Positions 48,841 through 61,062 of a DNA stretch of 64,000 nucleotides are shown here, one piece after another. The DNA comes from Myxococcota bacterium. Its GTDB lineage: Bacteria > Myxococcota_A > UBA9160 > JAFDET01. The notes under the pieces were generated by a model. The model searched no databases. It saw only the letters and a program-made list of their open reading frames with translations, and had not been told where the DNA came from. Each line of letters opens with the position of its first letter. Position 1 is the stretch's first letter. The position numbers and the translations under genes are program-made. Location: assembly GCA_028278065.1 (NCBI GenBank), contig JANQFA010000022.1, positions 13,038-77,037 on the forward strand, read 5' to 3'.

Positions 48841-50577
48841 GTGCGAATCCCCTGGGCGTTGGCGCTCCTCGTCGCAGCCGGGTGCGGCGCCGGAGAGACC
48901 GGAGAGCTCCACATCCGGAGCCTGGTCCAGGGAGCGCCCGTCCCCGCGCGCATCGAGGTGCTCGACGAAGACGGGGAGGCCCAGGCCGCCGCCGACGCTC
49001 TCACCCTCCACTTCGAGTGCTCCAGCGCACCCCTTCCCGAGTGGCTGCGCGGCCCCCTCAGCACCTCCGACCGGCTCTTCAACCGCGAGACGGGCAGCGA
49101 GCAGTTCTACTCCGCGGGCACGGCGACCCTCTCGCTACCAGCGGGGCGCTACACGGTGCGCGCCTTCAAGGGAATCGAGTACCGCATCGCGCGGGCCGAG
49201 GTGGAGGTGCGTCCCGGCGAGGCGTCCCGGCTCGACCTGGCCCTCGAACGCTGGATCGACATGCCCGCCCGCGGCTGGTGGAGCGTCGACGACCACGTGC
49301 ACATCACCCGGCGGACCCCCGAAGACGACGAGCGCATCGCCACCTGGATGCAGGCGGAGGATCTGCACGTGGCCAACCTGCTGCAGATGGGAACCGTGGA
49401 CCAGCTCACGGTCACGCCCCAGCACGCCTTCGGCGCGGCCGGCGAGTACCGGCGCGGCGATACGCTGCTCGTCTCCGGGCAGGAGCACCCCCGCACCCAC
49501 TTCCTGGGCCACACGATCACCCTCGGCGCGGACGCACCGGTCGACCTGCGCGACACGTACATCGTCTACGAGAACACCTTCCGCGCCGCCAGGGAAGCCA
49601 ACGGCGTGCCCGGCTTCGCCCACTGGGGAGTGGGACCCGCCCAGGACGGGCTGGCGATCGACGCGCCCCGCGGCCTCGTACACTTCGTCGAAGTGCTCCA
49701 GTTCGCGTGGCCGCACTACGACGTGTGGTACGGGCTTCTCGATCTGGGCTTCCCCATCGCCCCGACGGCAGGCACCGACTTCCCCTGCGGCCCCTGGAGC
49801 GTCCCGGGTGGCGAGCGCTTCTACGTCCGCAGCCACGGCCCTCCGAGCCGGCAGGCCATGCGCGACGCGGTGGTCCGCGGGCGCACCTTCGTGACCAACG
49901 GCCCCCTCCTCGACCTCCACGTCGGCGGTGCGGGGGTCGGCGAGGAGCTGCGCCTTCCCTCGCCCCGCCGGGTCGTGGTCGAGGGTCGCGTCTGGTTCGA
50001 TCCGGAGCGCGACGACCCGGGCCGCGTCGAGCTGATCCGCAACGGCGAGATCGTCCACGAGGGCGCGACACCGGCCGGTCCGGGTGAGCTGCGCCTCGAG
50101 CTCGTCACGGAGATCGAAGCCTCGGGCTGGTGGGCCCTGCGGGTGCGCGGCGACAAGAAGGGTGCGGTGCCCATCGAGCCGTTGCCCTCCGGTCCCGTGG
50201 TGGACTGGTTCGCCGTCCGCATCGCGAACTTCACCGAGGCCGTGGCCCGTCAGATCGAGTTCCACGAATCGCGCGGCTGGGTACGACCCAGCGCGGCCCA
50301 TACCGCAGCGGTGTGGGTGCAGGTGGCTTCGACGCCCGCGGGCTTCGCCCGCCAGCGGGCGAAGCCCCACGCCGAGGAGGCGCTCGCCCGGCTGGCCGCT
50401 CTCGAGGCCCGCCTGGAGGACGGCCCCGGCGGAATCGACGACCAGACGATCTGGGACTTCCTCCCCTACAGCGATGGGGTGGACGCCGAGCACCTGCGCC
50501 GCAACCGCGATGCCCTGCTCCGCGCCATCGCCGAGGCGCGCTCGCACTACCGCACGATCCTGGACTCCCGTCCCTGA
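48841..50577 (+). CDS. Lipoprotein with CehA/McbA-type (PHP/amidohydrolase-like) metallohydrolase domain
   Basis: GTG start and lipobox LLVAAGC. Features are WWSVDDHVHITRRT, GQEHPRTHFLGH and AGTDFPCG. It is paralogous in pattern to 42774..45446. Confidence 0.55.
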   Translation: MRIPWALALLVAAGCGAGETGELHIRSLVQGAPVPARIEVLDEDGEAQAAADALTLHFECSSAPLPEWLRGPLSTSDRLFNRETGSEQFYSAGTATLSLPAGRYTVRAFKGIEYRIARAEVEVRPGEASRLDLALERWIDMPARGWWSVDDHVHITRRTPEDDERIATWMQAEDLHVANLLQMGTVDQLTVTPQHAFGAAGEYRRGDTLLVSGQEHPRTHFLGHTITLGADAPVDLRDTYIVYENTFRAAREANGVPGFAHWGVGPAQDGLAIDAPRGLVHFVEVLQFAWPHYDVWYGLLDLGFPIAPTAGTDFPCGPWSVPGGERFYVRSHGPPSRQAMRDAVVRGRTFVTNGPLLDLHVGGAGVGEELRLPSPRRVVVEGRVWFDPERDDPGRVELIRNGEIVHEGATPAGPGELRLELVTEIEASGWWALRVRGDKKGAVPIEPLPSGPVVDWFAVRIANFTEAVARQIEFHESRGWVRPSAAHTAAVWVQVASTPAGFARQRAKPHAEEALARLAALEARLEDGPGGIDDQTIWDFLPYSDGVDAEHLRRNRDALLRAIAEARSHYRTILDSRP

Positions 50578-50579
50578 AC

Positions 50580-50596
50580 ACGCCTCGGGGAGGCGT
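50580..50596. terminator. Hairpin between convergent genes
   Basis: ACGCCTC-ggg-GAGGCGT is a perfect 7-bp stem. Confidence 0.4.
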
Positions 50597-51519
50597 CAGA
50601 GGTAGGTCAGCCAGTCCTCGTGCTTGCGGTCGCGGCCGGCCACCACGTCGAAGAAGGCGGACTGCAACGCCCGGGTCACCGGACCGCGGGCGCCGGCGCC
50701 GATGGCGCGCCGGTCGACCTCGCGGATGGGAGTGACCTCCGCCGCCGTTCCGGTGAGAAAGAGCTCGTCGGCGACGTAGAGCTCGTCGCGCGTGATCGCT
50801 CGCTCGACGACGGGGATCCCCTTCTCGTGGGCGAGGGTCATCACCGTGTCGCGGGTGAGCCCCTCCAGCACGTTCGCCAGGGGCGGCGTGCGAAGCTCCC
50901 CGTGCCGGACCACGAAGAGGTTCTCGCCGCTGGCTTCGGCCACGAGCCCCTGGCCATCGAGCATGATCGCCTCATCGTAGCCGTCGAGCAGCGCCTCGCG
51001 CTTGGCGAGGATCGAGTTCACGTAGTCGCCGCAGGTCTTGCCCTTGGTCATCTTGGCGTTCACGTGGTGACGCGCGTAGGTGGAGACCTTGGCGCGAATC
51101 CCGCGCTCCATGCCCTCCTCGCCCAGGTACTTGCCCCACGCATAGGCGATGATCGCCAGGCGGATCGGGTTGTCGGCGGGGTTCAGCCCCATCGCACCGT
51201 CTCCGATGAAGACGAGCGGACGGATGTACCCCTCTTCCAGTCGGTTGGCGCGCAGGGTCTCGATGATCGCCTCGCACACCTGCTCGCGGCCGAACGGGAT
51301 CTCCATCAGGTTGATGTGGGCGGACTCGAACAGCCGCCGCACGTGCTCCTCCAGACGGAAGACGGCCGACCGGCCGTCGCCGGTGAGATAGGAGCGGATG
51401 CCCTCGAAGACGCCCAGCCCATAGTGGAGGGTGTGGGTCAGGACGTGCACCTGGGCACGGTCCCAATCCACCAGCTCGCCATCGAGCCAGATCTTCTCGC
51501 CGGTCACCCCTGCGCTCAT
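50596..51519 (-). CDS. ilvE: Branched-chain amino acid aminotransferase (class IV)
   Basis: [34 protein letters not shown]...EASGENLF...[11 protein letters not shown]. Confidence 0.92.
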   Translation of the reverse strand: MSAGVTGEKIWLDGELVDWDRAQVHVLTHTLHYGLGVFEGIRSYLTGDGRSAVFRLEEHVRRLFESAHINLMEIPFGREQVCEAIIETLRANRLEEGYIRPLVFIGDGAMGLNPADNPIRLAIIAYAWGKYLGEEGMERGIRAKVSTYARHHVNAKMTKGKTCGDYVNSILAKREALLDGYDEAIMLDGQGLVAEASGENLFVVRHGELRTPPLANVLEGLTRDTVMTLAHEKGIPVVERAITRDELYVADELFLTGTAAEVTPIREVDRRAIGAGARGPVTRALQSAFFDVVAGRDRKHEDWLTYL

Positions 51520-51553
51520 GCGATCTCCCCGTCGGTCGGGCGACCGCCGCGGG

Positions 51554-53488
51554 CTAGCGACGCAGCAGCCTCCGAACCAAGCTCTTCTGCTTCTCGCGAC
51601 GGAGGTTGATGAGCCGCAGCTCGCGGAGCGCCTCGACGCAATCCGCTTTCTGCTGCACGGCCTTCATGAACATGCGCTCGGCCTGTTCTTCCGCGTTGCA
51701 GGCCTTGTACAGCTGGCCGAGCAACAGGTAGGGCTTTTCACTGTCGGGTGCCAGCTTGATCGCCTGCTTGAGGGCCTTCACCGCCTCCCTGCGGGCTTCG
51801 CGATCCGACTGGGCCGACAGGAAGCGGGTCCACCCGAGGTAGGCCAGGTACTCGCCCTCCTTGGGATAGAGCTCCACCGACTCCTTGAACGCTTCGAAGG
51901 CCGGGTTGTGACGGCGCGCCTTGAGGAACCCGAGCCCCTTCTGGAACTCCTTCTCCGCAGCCAACGCGCGCCGGCCCTCCTCGAGCTCCTCTTCACGGCG
52001 CGCACCTCGTGCGAGCTGCAGCCGATACGCCTCCCGCGCCCGTGCATCCGCCAGCGACTCGTGCGCCTGGGAGACGCGACCGAAGATCTCCTCGGCGAGA
52101 CGCCGAACCGCGTCGCCCGCGTTGCTGAAGCGGTCGGGATGCGTGCGCTTGGCCAGGTGCACGTAGGCCTCGCGCACCTCTTCGTCGTTGGGGTTCTCGG
52201 ACACGCCGAGCACGCCGTAGTGGTCCTTGCCCCGGATCCGCTCGGCGATCGACGCCAGCTCTCCGCGCACCCACTCCTCCTGCGGATCCGGCTCGGGTCC
52301 GCGCACGGACTGGAGCCGCGCGCGCGCCGCCGCGATGGCATCGGCCGCCTGTGCCGCCTCCACTTCGTGCGGCGCGCCTTCGCGCACCTGCACCATCTGG
52401 GTGCAGAGGAGCGCGTAGAGCATCCGGCGCGAGGTGTCGTCCGCCTGGAGCAGCTCGTCGACGGGCACACCCCGCGTGAGGCGCTCGAGGAGCTTCTGGG
52501 CGGAGCTCTCGAGGGTGACGTCCTGGAACAGGTAGTAGGGGCTCTCGCCGGCGACGACCATGGCGCCGCTGTGCGCGCGCAGCTCGGCGTCGATGCGCTG
52601 GATCGGGAAGCGGCTGGTCACGCCGCTCACGATGATCGATGCGGGCTTCCGCTCCAGACCGAGCGTGCTCGCTCCCTTCAGGCGGCTGTCGCGGCGGAAC
52701 TGGAACGATCCCTCGGCCCACTCGAAGACCTCGAAGAGCTTCTCCTCCGCCTGCACGCGCAGCGCATTGGTGACCTCGTCCTCCGAGAGCACCTCCATCG
52801 CCACCAGGATGTCGCCCTGGAGCCCCTCTCCCTTCCTCATCCGGCGCAGGGACTCCTGGAGCACGTCGCGGTCGATGCGGCCCATGCGCACCAGCAGGTT
52901 GCCGAGACACTCGCCCACCTGGTTGGAGCGCACGCCCACCGGCCGGCCGTCGCGGAACTGCAGGCCCTTCTGCTTCTTGCCGCACTTCAGGACCAGCGCG
53001 CCGGTCGCGCGCAGACCGTGCAGATGGTTCAGGAGCGCCGGGAAGGGGAGCTCTTCGAGGGTGCCGTCGAGGATCTTCGGGGCCTTGCGAGAGGCCGCCT
53101 CGACCTCGGGGGTCCGGGCGCCGGCCAGCGACGTGCGGACCTGCTCCAGCAGGACGTCCAGGGGAACGGGCTTGGTGAGGAAGGCATCGACGCCCAGTGC
53201 GCCCGCCTTGTCTTCGTACGCCGGCGTCTTGGAGCAGCCGGAGATGAGCAGCGCGGGCACCTTGGCGTCGTCCGACGGACGCTCGCGGATGGCACCCAGC
53301 ACTTCGAATCCATCGCGGCCGGGGAGCAGGAGATCGAGGAGCACGAGATCCGGCGACTCGGCGTGGAACGTCTCGAGCGCGCTGTCGCCGTCGTGGGCCG
53401 TGCGGACGCGGTACCCCTCGCCCTCCAGCGCCTTGGCGATGATTCGGCAGAGGTTCCGATCGTCGTCGACGCAGAGAACGGTTTGCAT
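51554..53488 (-). CDS. Response regulator receiver - DUF4388 (PATAN-like) - J domain - TPR fusion protein
   Basis: Canonical REC ([10 protein letters not shown]...[14 protein letters not shown]...FLTKP). DUF4388-like segment ([26 protein letters not shown]). J domain (DHYGVLGV...HPDRF). C-terminal TPRs. Confidence 0.8.
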   Translation of the reverse strand: MQTVLCVDDDRNLCRIIAKALEGEGYRVRTAHDGDSALETFHAESPDLVLLDLLLPGRDGFEVLGAIRERPSDDAKVPALLISGCSKTPAYEDKAGALGVDAFLTKPVPLDVLLEQVRTSLAGARTPEVEAASRKAPKILDGTLEELPFPALLNHLHGLRATGALVLKCGKKQKGLQFRDGRPVGVRSNQVGECLGNLLVRMGRIDRDVLQESLRRMRKGEGLQGDILVAMEVLSEDEVTNALRVQAEEKLFEVFEWAEGSFQFRRDSRLKGASTLGLERKPASIIVSGVTSRFPIQRIDAELRAHSGAMVVAGESPYYLFQDVTLESSAQKLLERLTRGVPVDELLQADDTSRRMLYALLCTQMVQVREGAPHEVEAAQAADAIAAARARLQSVRGPEPDPQEEWVRGELASIAERIRGKDHYGVLGVSENPNDEEVREAYVHLAKRTHPDRFSNAGDAVRRLAEEIFGRVSQAHESLADARAREAYRLQLARGARREEELEEGRRALAAEKEFQKGLGFLKARRHNPAFEAFKESVELYPKEGEYLAYLGWTRFLSAQSDREARREAVKALKQAIKLAPDSEKPYLLLGQLYKACNAEEQAERMFMKAVQQKADCVEALRELRLINLRREKQKSLVRRLLRR

Positions 53489-53535
53489 GGTCCCTGCCTA
53501 TCGGCAGAACACGCGCGGAACGCGAGTGACGATCG

Positions 53536-54588
53536 TCACCCGGGCGTGAAGAGGGACCTCAGGGTTTCGGCGTAGGGTGCCCTGGCGATCCCGCGCTCGG
53601 TGACGATGCCCGAGACCAGACGCGCCGGGGTCACGTCGAAGGCCGGGTGCCTCACGGGAACGCCTTCGGGAATCAGCGCTTGACCCGCCAGGTGCGTGAC
53701 TTCTGCCGATCCACGCTCTTCGATCGGGATCTCGGATCCGTCGGCGGTATCGAGGTCGATCGTCGAGAGGGGCGCCGCGACGTAGAAGGGAATCCCGTGC
53801 TCCCTCGCCAGGAGCGCCACCGGGTAGGTACCGATCTTGTTGGCCACGTCGCCGTTCGCCGCGATGCGGTCCGCTCCGACCACGACCAGATCCACCTCGC
53901 CCCGCGCCATCAGGTGTCCGGCCATGTTGTCCGTGATCACGGTGACCGGGATCCGATCGCGCGCCAGCTCCCACGCCGTGAGGCGCGCGCCCTGCAGGAA
54001 GGGACGCGTCTCGTCGGCCAGCACCTCGACACGACGGCCAGCGGCCACGGCCGATCGCACCACGCCAAGGGCGGTTCCCCAGCCCGCGGTGGCCAGCGCT
54101 CCGGCGTTGCAGTGAGTCAGGACGCGGGCGCCGTCGCACACGATCTCGACGCCGGCGTCTCCCAGCGCGCGGCAGACCGCCACGTCCTGCTCGACCAGGT
54201 TCTCCGCTTCGGCGAGGAGCTCGCCGCGCGCGGCTTCGACGTCGTCTCCCGAGCAGACCCGATCGGCCACCGAGCGCATCCGGCCCAGCGCCCAGAAGAG
54301 GTTGACGGCGGTGGGGCGGGTCCGGGCCAGACGCTCGGCCGCGGAGGCCAGATCGGCGTGCAGCTCGGTGCCGCTGTGCGCACGACTCTCGCGGGCGGCC
54401 AGCGCCATGCCGAGGGCGGCCGCACAGCCGATCGCCGGGGCGCCTCGCACGGCGAGATCCTCGATGGCACACGCCACCTCTTCCACGCTGGTCAGCGTGA
54501 GGTAGGTCTCCTCTGCCGGAAGGCGTCGCTGATCCAGCATGACGACCGCGCCGTCCTGCCAGCGCAGGGTGAACCAGGCGTCGCTCAC
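53536..54588 (-). CDS. mtnA: S-methyl-5-thioribose-1-phosphate isomerase
   Basis: GTG at 54588 (GTGA overlap). MLDQRRLP...[14 protein letters not shown]...[10 protein letters not shown]...[18 protein letters not shown]. Confidence 0.9.
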   Translation of the reverse strand: MSDAWFTLRWQDGAVVMLDQRRLPAEETYLTLTSVEEVACAIEDLAVRGAPAIGCAAALGMALAARESRAHSGTELHADLASAAERLARTRPTAVNLFWALGRMRSVADRVCSGDDVEAARGELLAEAENLVEQDVAVCRALGDAGVEIVCDGARVLTHCNAGALATAGWGTALGVVRSAVAAGRRVEVLADETRPFLQGARLTAWELARDRIPVTVITDNMAGHLMARGEVDLVVVGADRIAANGDVANKIGTYPVALLAREHGIPFYVAAPLSTIDLDTADGSEIPIEERGSAEVTHLAGQALIPEGVPVRHPAFDVTPARLVSGIVTERGIARAPYAETLRSLFTPG

Positions 54589-55700
54589 GGCGTCCGATCG
54601 CCCGCGCACGGATCGGACGTCTCGGGCAGCGCGGCTCCCTCGCCGATGTCCACCTGCACGGCGTCGAATCCGTAGCCCTCGGCGTCGGGCACCAGGCGCC
54701 CGGCGGCCACGGCCGCCATCCCCGACGGCTTGGTGAAGCCCAGCGAGCTCCCCGCCTCGAAGTCCGCCTCGGTCGCATCGATCTGGAAGGGCCCCTCGAA
54801 CGGAGGACCGGACAGATCGGCGCCGATCTCGACGTCTCCCCGAGTGCGGATCTCGTCCAGGTCGAAGGCGGCTCCCTTCACCGTCAACGCGACGCCGAGG
54901 CGGCCGAGCGCGCCCGCGGCGCCGCGCAGATGGACCCGCCCGCTCACGTCGCCGGCCAGGTCCTGGCCGTCGGCGAGATAGGAGCGGAACGGCTGCAGCG
55001 AGATCCCGTCCAGGTCCAGGCAGAGCTGCACCGAGCGGTCGGCGCTCGCGTAGCCCGAAGCCTCGAGCGAGCCCGTCTCGGCCAGGCGCCCCGCCAGGTC
55101 GATCCGGATCGCGGTCCCCTCCCAGTCCTCGGACTCGGCGTGCCCGCTGAGCTGCGACAGATCCCAGGTCACCGGGGGGCTCACCGCACGGTCGTCGAGG
55201 ACCACACGCACGTCGCGTAGGTCCACGCGCCGCACGGCGAGCTGCGGGTCGCGCCGGTCGCGCGGCTTCCTCGGCGCGTGAGGATCCCGGGGCTCTTCCG
55301 GCTCGACGCGCTCCCTCTCCGGAGGCCGGGGCCAGGCGATGCCGTCCTCGGTGCGCAGGAGTCGGACCGTGGCCCCATCGATCACCAGCGAGTCCACCAC
55401 GACCGCGCCCGCCAGGAGCGGCAGCAGCGAGAGGTGCAGCGAGATCGAGCGCGCCTCCGCGAAGGCCGGATCCTCGGGAGTCGCGCCGGCCAGGTGGGCC
55501 TCCGAGAGCACCATGCGCGCCGGCAGGATGCGCACGTCGAGATCGCGCCACACGAACTCGCGACCGGTCGCGCCGCGTACCACCTTGGTGATCCGGTGGC
55601 GCGCCGCATCGCTCGAAACCAGGCGCGGGACCAGCAGGGCCGCCCCGATCACCAGGATCCCACAGAGCACGACCAGCCCGATCAGGAGGCGTTTCACCAT
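54585..55700 (-). CDS. AsmA-family-like envelope protein
   Basis: N-terminal TM anchor ([20 protein letters not shown]), followed by an AsmA-like N-terminal pattern ([22 protein letters not shown]...[23 protein letters not shown]). Confidence 0.55.
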   Translation of the reverse strand: MVKRLLIGLVVLCGILVIGAALLVPRLVSSDAARHRITKVVRGATGREFVWRDLDVRILPARMVLSEAHLAGATPEDPAFAEARSISLHLSLLPLLAGAVVVDSLVIDGATVRLLRTEDGIAWPRPPERERVEPEEPRDPHAPRKPRDRRDPQLAVRRVDLRDVRVVLDDRAVSPPVTWDLSQLSGHAESEDWEGTAIRIDLAGRLAETGSLEASGYASADRSVQLCLDLDGISLQPFRSYLADGQDLAGDVSGRVHLRGAAGALGRLGVALTVKGAAFDLDEIRTRGDVEIGADLSGPPFEGPFQIDATEADFEAGSSLGFTKPSGMAAVAAGRLVPDAEGYGFDAVQVDIGEGAALPETSDPCAGDRTP

Positions 55701-55702
55701 CC

Positions 55703-57138
<1,436 letters not shown>

Positions 57139-57142
<4 letters not shown>

Positions 57143-58596
57143 GAGCCTTCCCCCGGCCGTCGGGCGTGCCAGTCCGTCCGCCGCTCGTAGGCGTCGGCCG
57201 CCCGGAAGAGCACGGGCTCCCCGAGGGCGGGGGCCAGGAGCTGGAGACCGACCGGCAGGCCTCCTGGGAGTCCGCAAGGCGTCGAGAGGCCGCAGATCCC
57301 CGCCAGCGACGCCGACACGGTGTACACGTCCGACAGGTACATGCGCAGCGGATCGTCGCTGCGCTCCCCGATCCGGAAGGCCGCCTCCGGCGCCGTGGGC
57401 GTGGCGATCAGGTCGCACTGCGCGAAGGCCTGCTCGAAGTCCCGACGGATCAGCGTGCGCACCTGCTGCGCCTTCCGGTAGTAGGCGTCGTAGTAGCCGG
57501 CCGAGAGCACGTAGGTGCCGAGCAGGATCCGGCGCTTCACCTCGGGACCGAATCCCTCGGAACGGGTCTTCCGGTAGAGCTCCGAGAGCCCCCGGCCGTC
57601 GGCACGCAGCCCGAAGCGCACCCCGTCGAAGCGCGACAGGTTGCTGGACGCCTCGGCGTTGGCCACCAGGTAGTAGGTGGCGATGGCGTGTGCGGTGTGG
57701 GGCAGCGAGATCTCCCGCGTGCTGGCGCCCGCCTTCTCCAGCTCGGTCACGGCCTCGCGCACGCAGGCCAGGACCTCCGGATCGACGCCCTCCTCGACGA
57801 AGTACTCGCGGGGAAGCCCGATCACCAGTCCCGACGCGTCGCCGTCGAGCGCGTCCGCGTAGGGCGGCACGGGATCGGGCAGACTGGTCGAGTCGCGCGG
57901 GTCGTGGCCGGCGATCACCTCGAGCGCGGCAGCCGCGTCGGCGCTGGTGCGCGCGAAGGGACCGATCTGGTCCAGGGAGGAGGCGAAGGCCACCAGCCCG
58001 TAGCGCGACACCCTGCCGTAGGTGGGCTTGACGCCGGTCACCCCGCAGAGGGACGCGGGCTGGCGGATCGAGCCGCCCGTGTCGCTCCCGAAGGCGACGG
58101 GCACGATGCCCGCCGCGACGGACGCGGCCGAGCCGCCGGAGGATCCCCCGGGCGCCCGCTCGGGGTCCCAGGGATTGCGGGCCGGACCGGCCGCCGAGTT
58201 CTCGGTGGAGGAGCCCATGGCGAACTCGTCCATGTTGGTGCGACCGACCACGATCGCGCCCGCCGCGCGCAGGCGCGCCGCGGCGGTGGAGTCGTAGGGG
58301 GACGCGTAGCCCTCGAGGATGCGCGAGGCGCAGCCGCAGGGCTCGCCGGCCACGGCGATGTTGTCCTTCAGCGCCACCGGGATGCCGTCCAGCGCGGAGC
58401 GCACGTCCCCGTTTGCGCGCCGCGCGTCGGCCCCCGCGGCTTCGGCGCGAGCCGCTTCCGCGCGCAGACCGACGAATGCGTTCGACGCGCTCGCCTGCGC
58501 GCGCTCCAGGGAGCCCTCCACCAGCTCGACGGAGGACGTCCGACCGGACGCGAGGGCCTCCCGCATCTCCGAGGCGGTTCCGAGGGACTCGGTCAC
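57139..58596 (-). CDS. gatA: Asp/Glu-tRNA amidotransferase subunit A
   Basis: Amidase signature [14 protein letters not shown], and the gene lies in a gatC-gatA-gatB context. Confidence 0.95.
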
Positions 58597-58600
58597 CGGA

Positions 58601-58903
58601 TCAGGCCTCGCCGCCCTCGATCACCTTGGGCACCACGAAGGTGTCGCCCGACGCAGCGGGCGCGTTGCGAAGCGCGCTCTCGGGATCGAGTCCGGCTTCG
58701 GCCACGTCGTCACGAAAGGGTGTCGCGAGCGGGAGGGCGTGGGCCGTGGGCTCGACGTCGGTCGTGTCCACCCCGCGCAGCGCCTCGACGTAGTCGAGAA
58801 TGGTGTCGAGATCGCTGGTCAGTCCCTCGATCTCCGCGTCACCGAGGGAGAGCCGGGCGAGTTCGGCCATGCGTTCCACCTCCTCGCGCGTGATCCGGGA
58901 CAT
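58601..58903 (-). CDS. gatC: Asp/Glu-tRNA amidotransferase subunit C
   Basis: ATG at 58903. The 100-aa product begins [40 protein letters not shown]. Confidence 0.9.
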   Translation of the reverse strand: MSRITREEVERMAELARLSLGDAEIEGLTSDLDTILDYVEALRGVDTTDVEPTAHALPLATPFRDDVAEAGLDPESALRNAPAASGDTFVVPKVIEGGEA

Positions 58904-58984
58904 GGCGGGGAAGCTAGCACCGGGGCCCCCGGGGAGCCCCCGCGCTTGCGGCACCCTGCCCGGGGGGATAGCTTCGCCGCCTTC

Positions 58985-60448
58985 ATGGACGACGAATCTC
59001 CCCAAGCCTCGCTCTTCGAAGAGCTTCCCGACGACATCCAGGCCGGCATCCGCGACCTCGGCTGGTCCGAGCCGATGCCCGTCCAGGCCCGCGTGATTCC
59101 GATCATGCGCTCGGGCGGCGACCTCATCGTGCAGGCCCGCACGGGGAGCGGCAAGACCGGCGCCTTCGGCGTGCCGATCGCCGCCGAGGTCGACACCGAG
59201 CTGGCCGAGACCCAGGCGCTGGTGATGCTCCCGACGCGCGAGCTCGCCAACCAGGTGGCGGTGGAGGTCGAAGCCCTCGGTCGCCACCGGGGGGTGCGCA
59301 CGCTCCCGGTCTACGGCGGGGTCGGCTACGGCGCCCAGAACGACGGCCTCGCCGCCGGTGCCCACGTCGTCGTCGGCACCCCGGGCCGCATGCTGGACCA
59401 CCTGCAGGCGGGCCGGCTCGATCTCTCGCACCTGAAGATCCTCGTGTTCGACGAGGCCGACGAGCTCCTCTCCCTCGGCTTCTGGCCCGACATGCGCGAG
59501 ATCCAGAGGTACGTGCCGCAGGACCGCCAGTCCTGCCTCTTCTCCGCGACGATTCCCGAGAAGGTGCGCTCGCTCTCGCGCGTCTTCCTCACGGAGCCGG
59601 AGTTCGTGACCCTCTCCGAGGGCCAGATCGCGCCGGCCGAGATCGAGCACCAGTTCATCGTCACCACGGCACAGGAGAAGGACGCCAACCTGGTCAAGAT
59701 CCTGGAGATCGAAGACCCGGAGAGCGCGATCATCTTCTGCAACACCAAGGACGACGTCCGCTTCGTCACGACCTACCTGCGCAAGAAGGGCTTCGACGCC
59801 GACCAGATCCAGGGCGACCTGGCGCAGAACGCGCGCGAGGAGGTGATGGGACGGATCAAGGCCGGCGAGCTGCGCTTCCTGGTGGCCACCGACGTGGCCG
59901 CTCGCGGAATCGACATCTCGCAGCTCACCCACGTCATCAGCTACTCCGCACCCGATTCGCCGGAGGTCTACGTGCACCGCACCGGGCGTACGGGCCGCGC
60001 GGGCAAGGCGGGGACCGCGATCAGCCTGATCTCGGGCCTCGACATCGGGAACTTCAAGTACCTGCAGAACGTCAACAAGATCAAGATCAACGAGCGCAAG
60101 ATCCCCAAGGACGGCGAGATCCTCGACACCCTGCGCGAGCGCCTGATGGTGAAGGTCGAGCAGGAGATGCGCCTGATCCCCGAGGCCGAGCGCTCGTTCA
60201 AGATCGACCGCCTGGTTCCCATCGCCAAGGAGATGGCGTCGACTCCGGAGACCCTGCGCGACCTGGCCGCGATCCTGGCAGCCTACCTGCGCGAGCACCG
60301 GCCGCAGACGTCGGTGGTGGAGCCGGAGGCCGGCGACCGCTCAGAGGCGCCCGAGCGACCGCGCGACGACGACCGCCCCCGCAAGGGAGGCCGGGGCGGC
60401 GGCAGGCCGCGCCGGCGCGGACGCGGCGGGCGCGGCGGGCGCCGCTAG
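58985..60448 (+). CDS. DEAD-box ATP-dependent RNA helicase with RGG-rich tail
   Basis: ATG at 58985. Q-motif PMPVQ, AQTGSGKT-like ARTGSGKTGAF, DEAD-variant FDEAD, SAT, HRTGRTGRAG, and a C-terminal GRGGGRPRRRGRGGRGGRR. Confidence 0.93.
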   Translation: MDDESPQASLFEELPDDIQAGIRDLGWSEPMPVQARVIPIMRSGGDLIVQARTGSGKTGAFGVPIAAEVDTELAETQALVMLPTRELANQVAVEVEALGRHRGVRTLPVYGGVGYGAQNDGLAAGAHVVVGTPGRMLDHLQAGRLDLSHLKILVFDEADELLSLGFWPDMREIQRYVPQDRQSCLFSATIPEKVRSLSRVFLTEPEFVTLSEGQIAPAEIEHQFIVTTAQEKDANLVKILEIEDPESAIIFCNTKDDVRFVTTYLRKKGFDADQIQGDLAQNAREEVMGRIKAGELRFLVATDVAARGIDISQLTHVISYSAPDSPEVYVHRTGRTGRAGKAGTAISLISGLDIGNFKYLQNVNKIKINERKIPKDGEILDTLRERLMVKVEQEMRLIPEAERSFKIDRLVPIAKEMASTPETLRDLAAILAAYLREHRPQTSVVEPEAGDRSEAPERPRDDDRPRKGGRGGGRPRRRGRGGRGGRR

Positions 60449-60461
60449 CGCGACGACGACG

Positions 60462-61037
60462 GTGCGCATCACCGTCTACTGCGGGTCGAGCCGGCGCTCC
60501 GGCGAGCCGTTCGTCTCGGCGGCAGCCGCGCTGGGGAACGAGATCGCGCGGCGCGGTCACGTGCTGGTGTACGGCGGTGCGAGGATCGGCCTGATGGGCG
60601 CCGTAGCCGACGCAGCGCTGGCCGTGGGCGGTGACGTACAGGGTGTCATCCTGCGCGACTTCATCGACCGGGGAGACGTCCACCATCCGGGCGTCGAGAT
60701 GGAGAGCGTCGACGACATGCGGGCCCGCAAGGCGGGTCTCGACGGACATGCGGACGCGTTCATCACCCTGCCCGGCGGGCTCGGCACCCTCGAGGAGCTC
60801 TCGGAGATGCTCTCGTTCCGGCAGCTCGGGTTCCACCGGCGACCGATCGTCCTGCTGAACACCGATGGCTACTTCGATCCGCTGCTCGACTGGATCGAGC
60901 GGGCCATCGACGCGGGTTTCGTGCGCCCCGAGCACCGCGCCCTGATGGCGGTCACCGACGACCCGGTCCGGGCCGTCACCCTGTGCGAGACGGGCGCGGG
61001 CAGCGAGGCCCCCTCGAAGTTCCAGCCCGCGACCTGA
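60462..61037 (+). CDS. LOG family nucleotide 5'-monophosphate phosphoribohydrolase (TIGR00730)
   Basis: ITVYCGSS...LVYGGARIGLMG...ITLPGGLGTLEEL is the PGGxGTxxE motif. Confidence 0.88.
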   Translation: MRITVYCGSSRRSGEPFVSAAAALGNEIARRGHVLVYGGARIGLMGAVADAALAVGGDVQGVILRDFIDRGDVHHPGVEMESVDDMRARKAGLDGHADAFITLPGGLGTLEELSEMLSFRQLGFHRRPIVLLNTDGYFDPLLDWIERAIDAGFVRPEHRALMAVTDDPVRAVTLCETGAGSEAPSKFQPAT

Positions 61038-61062
61038 GGCCGGAGGCCGGCGGCGTCCGCCC

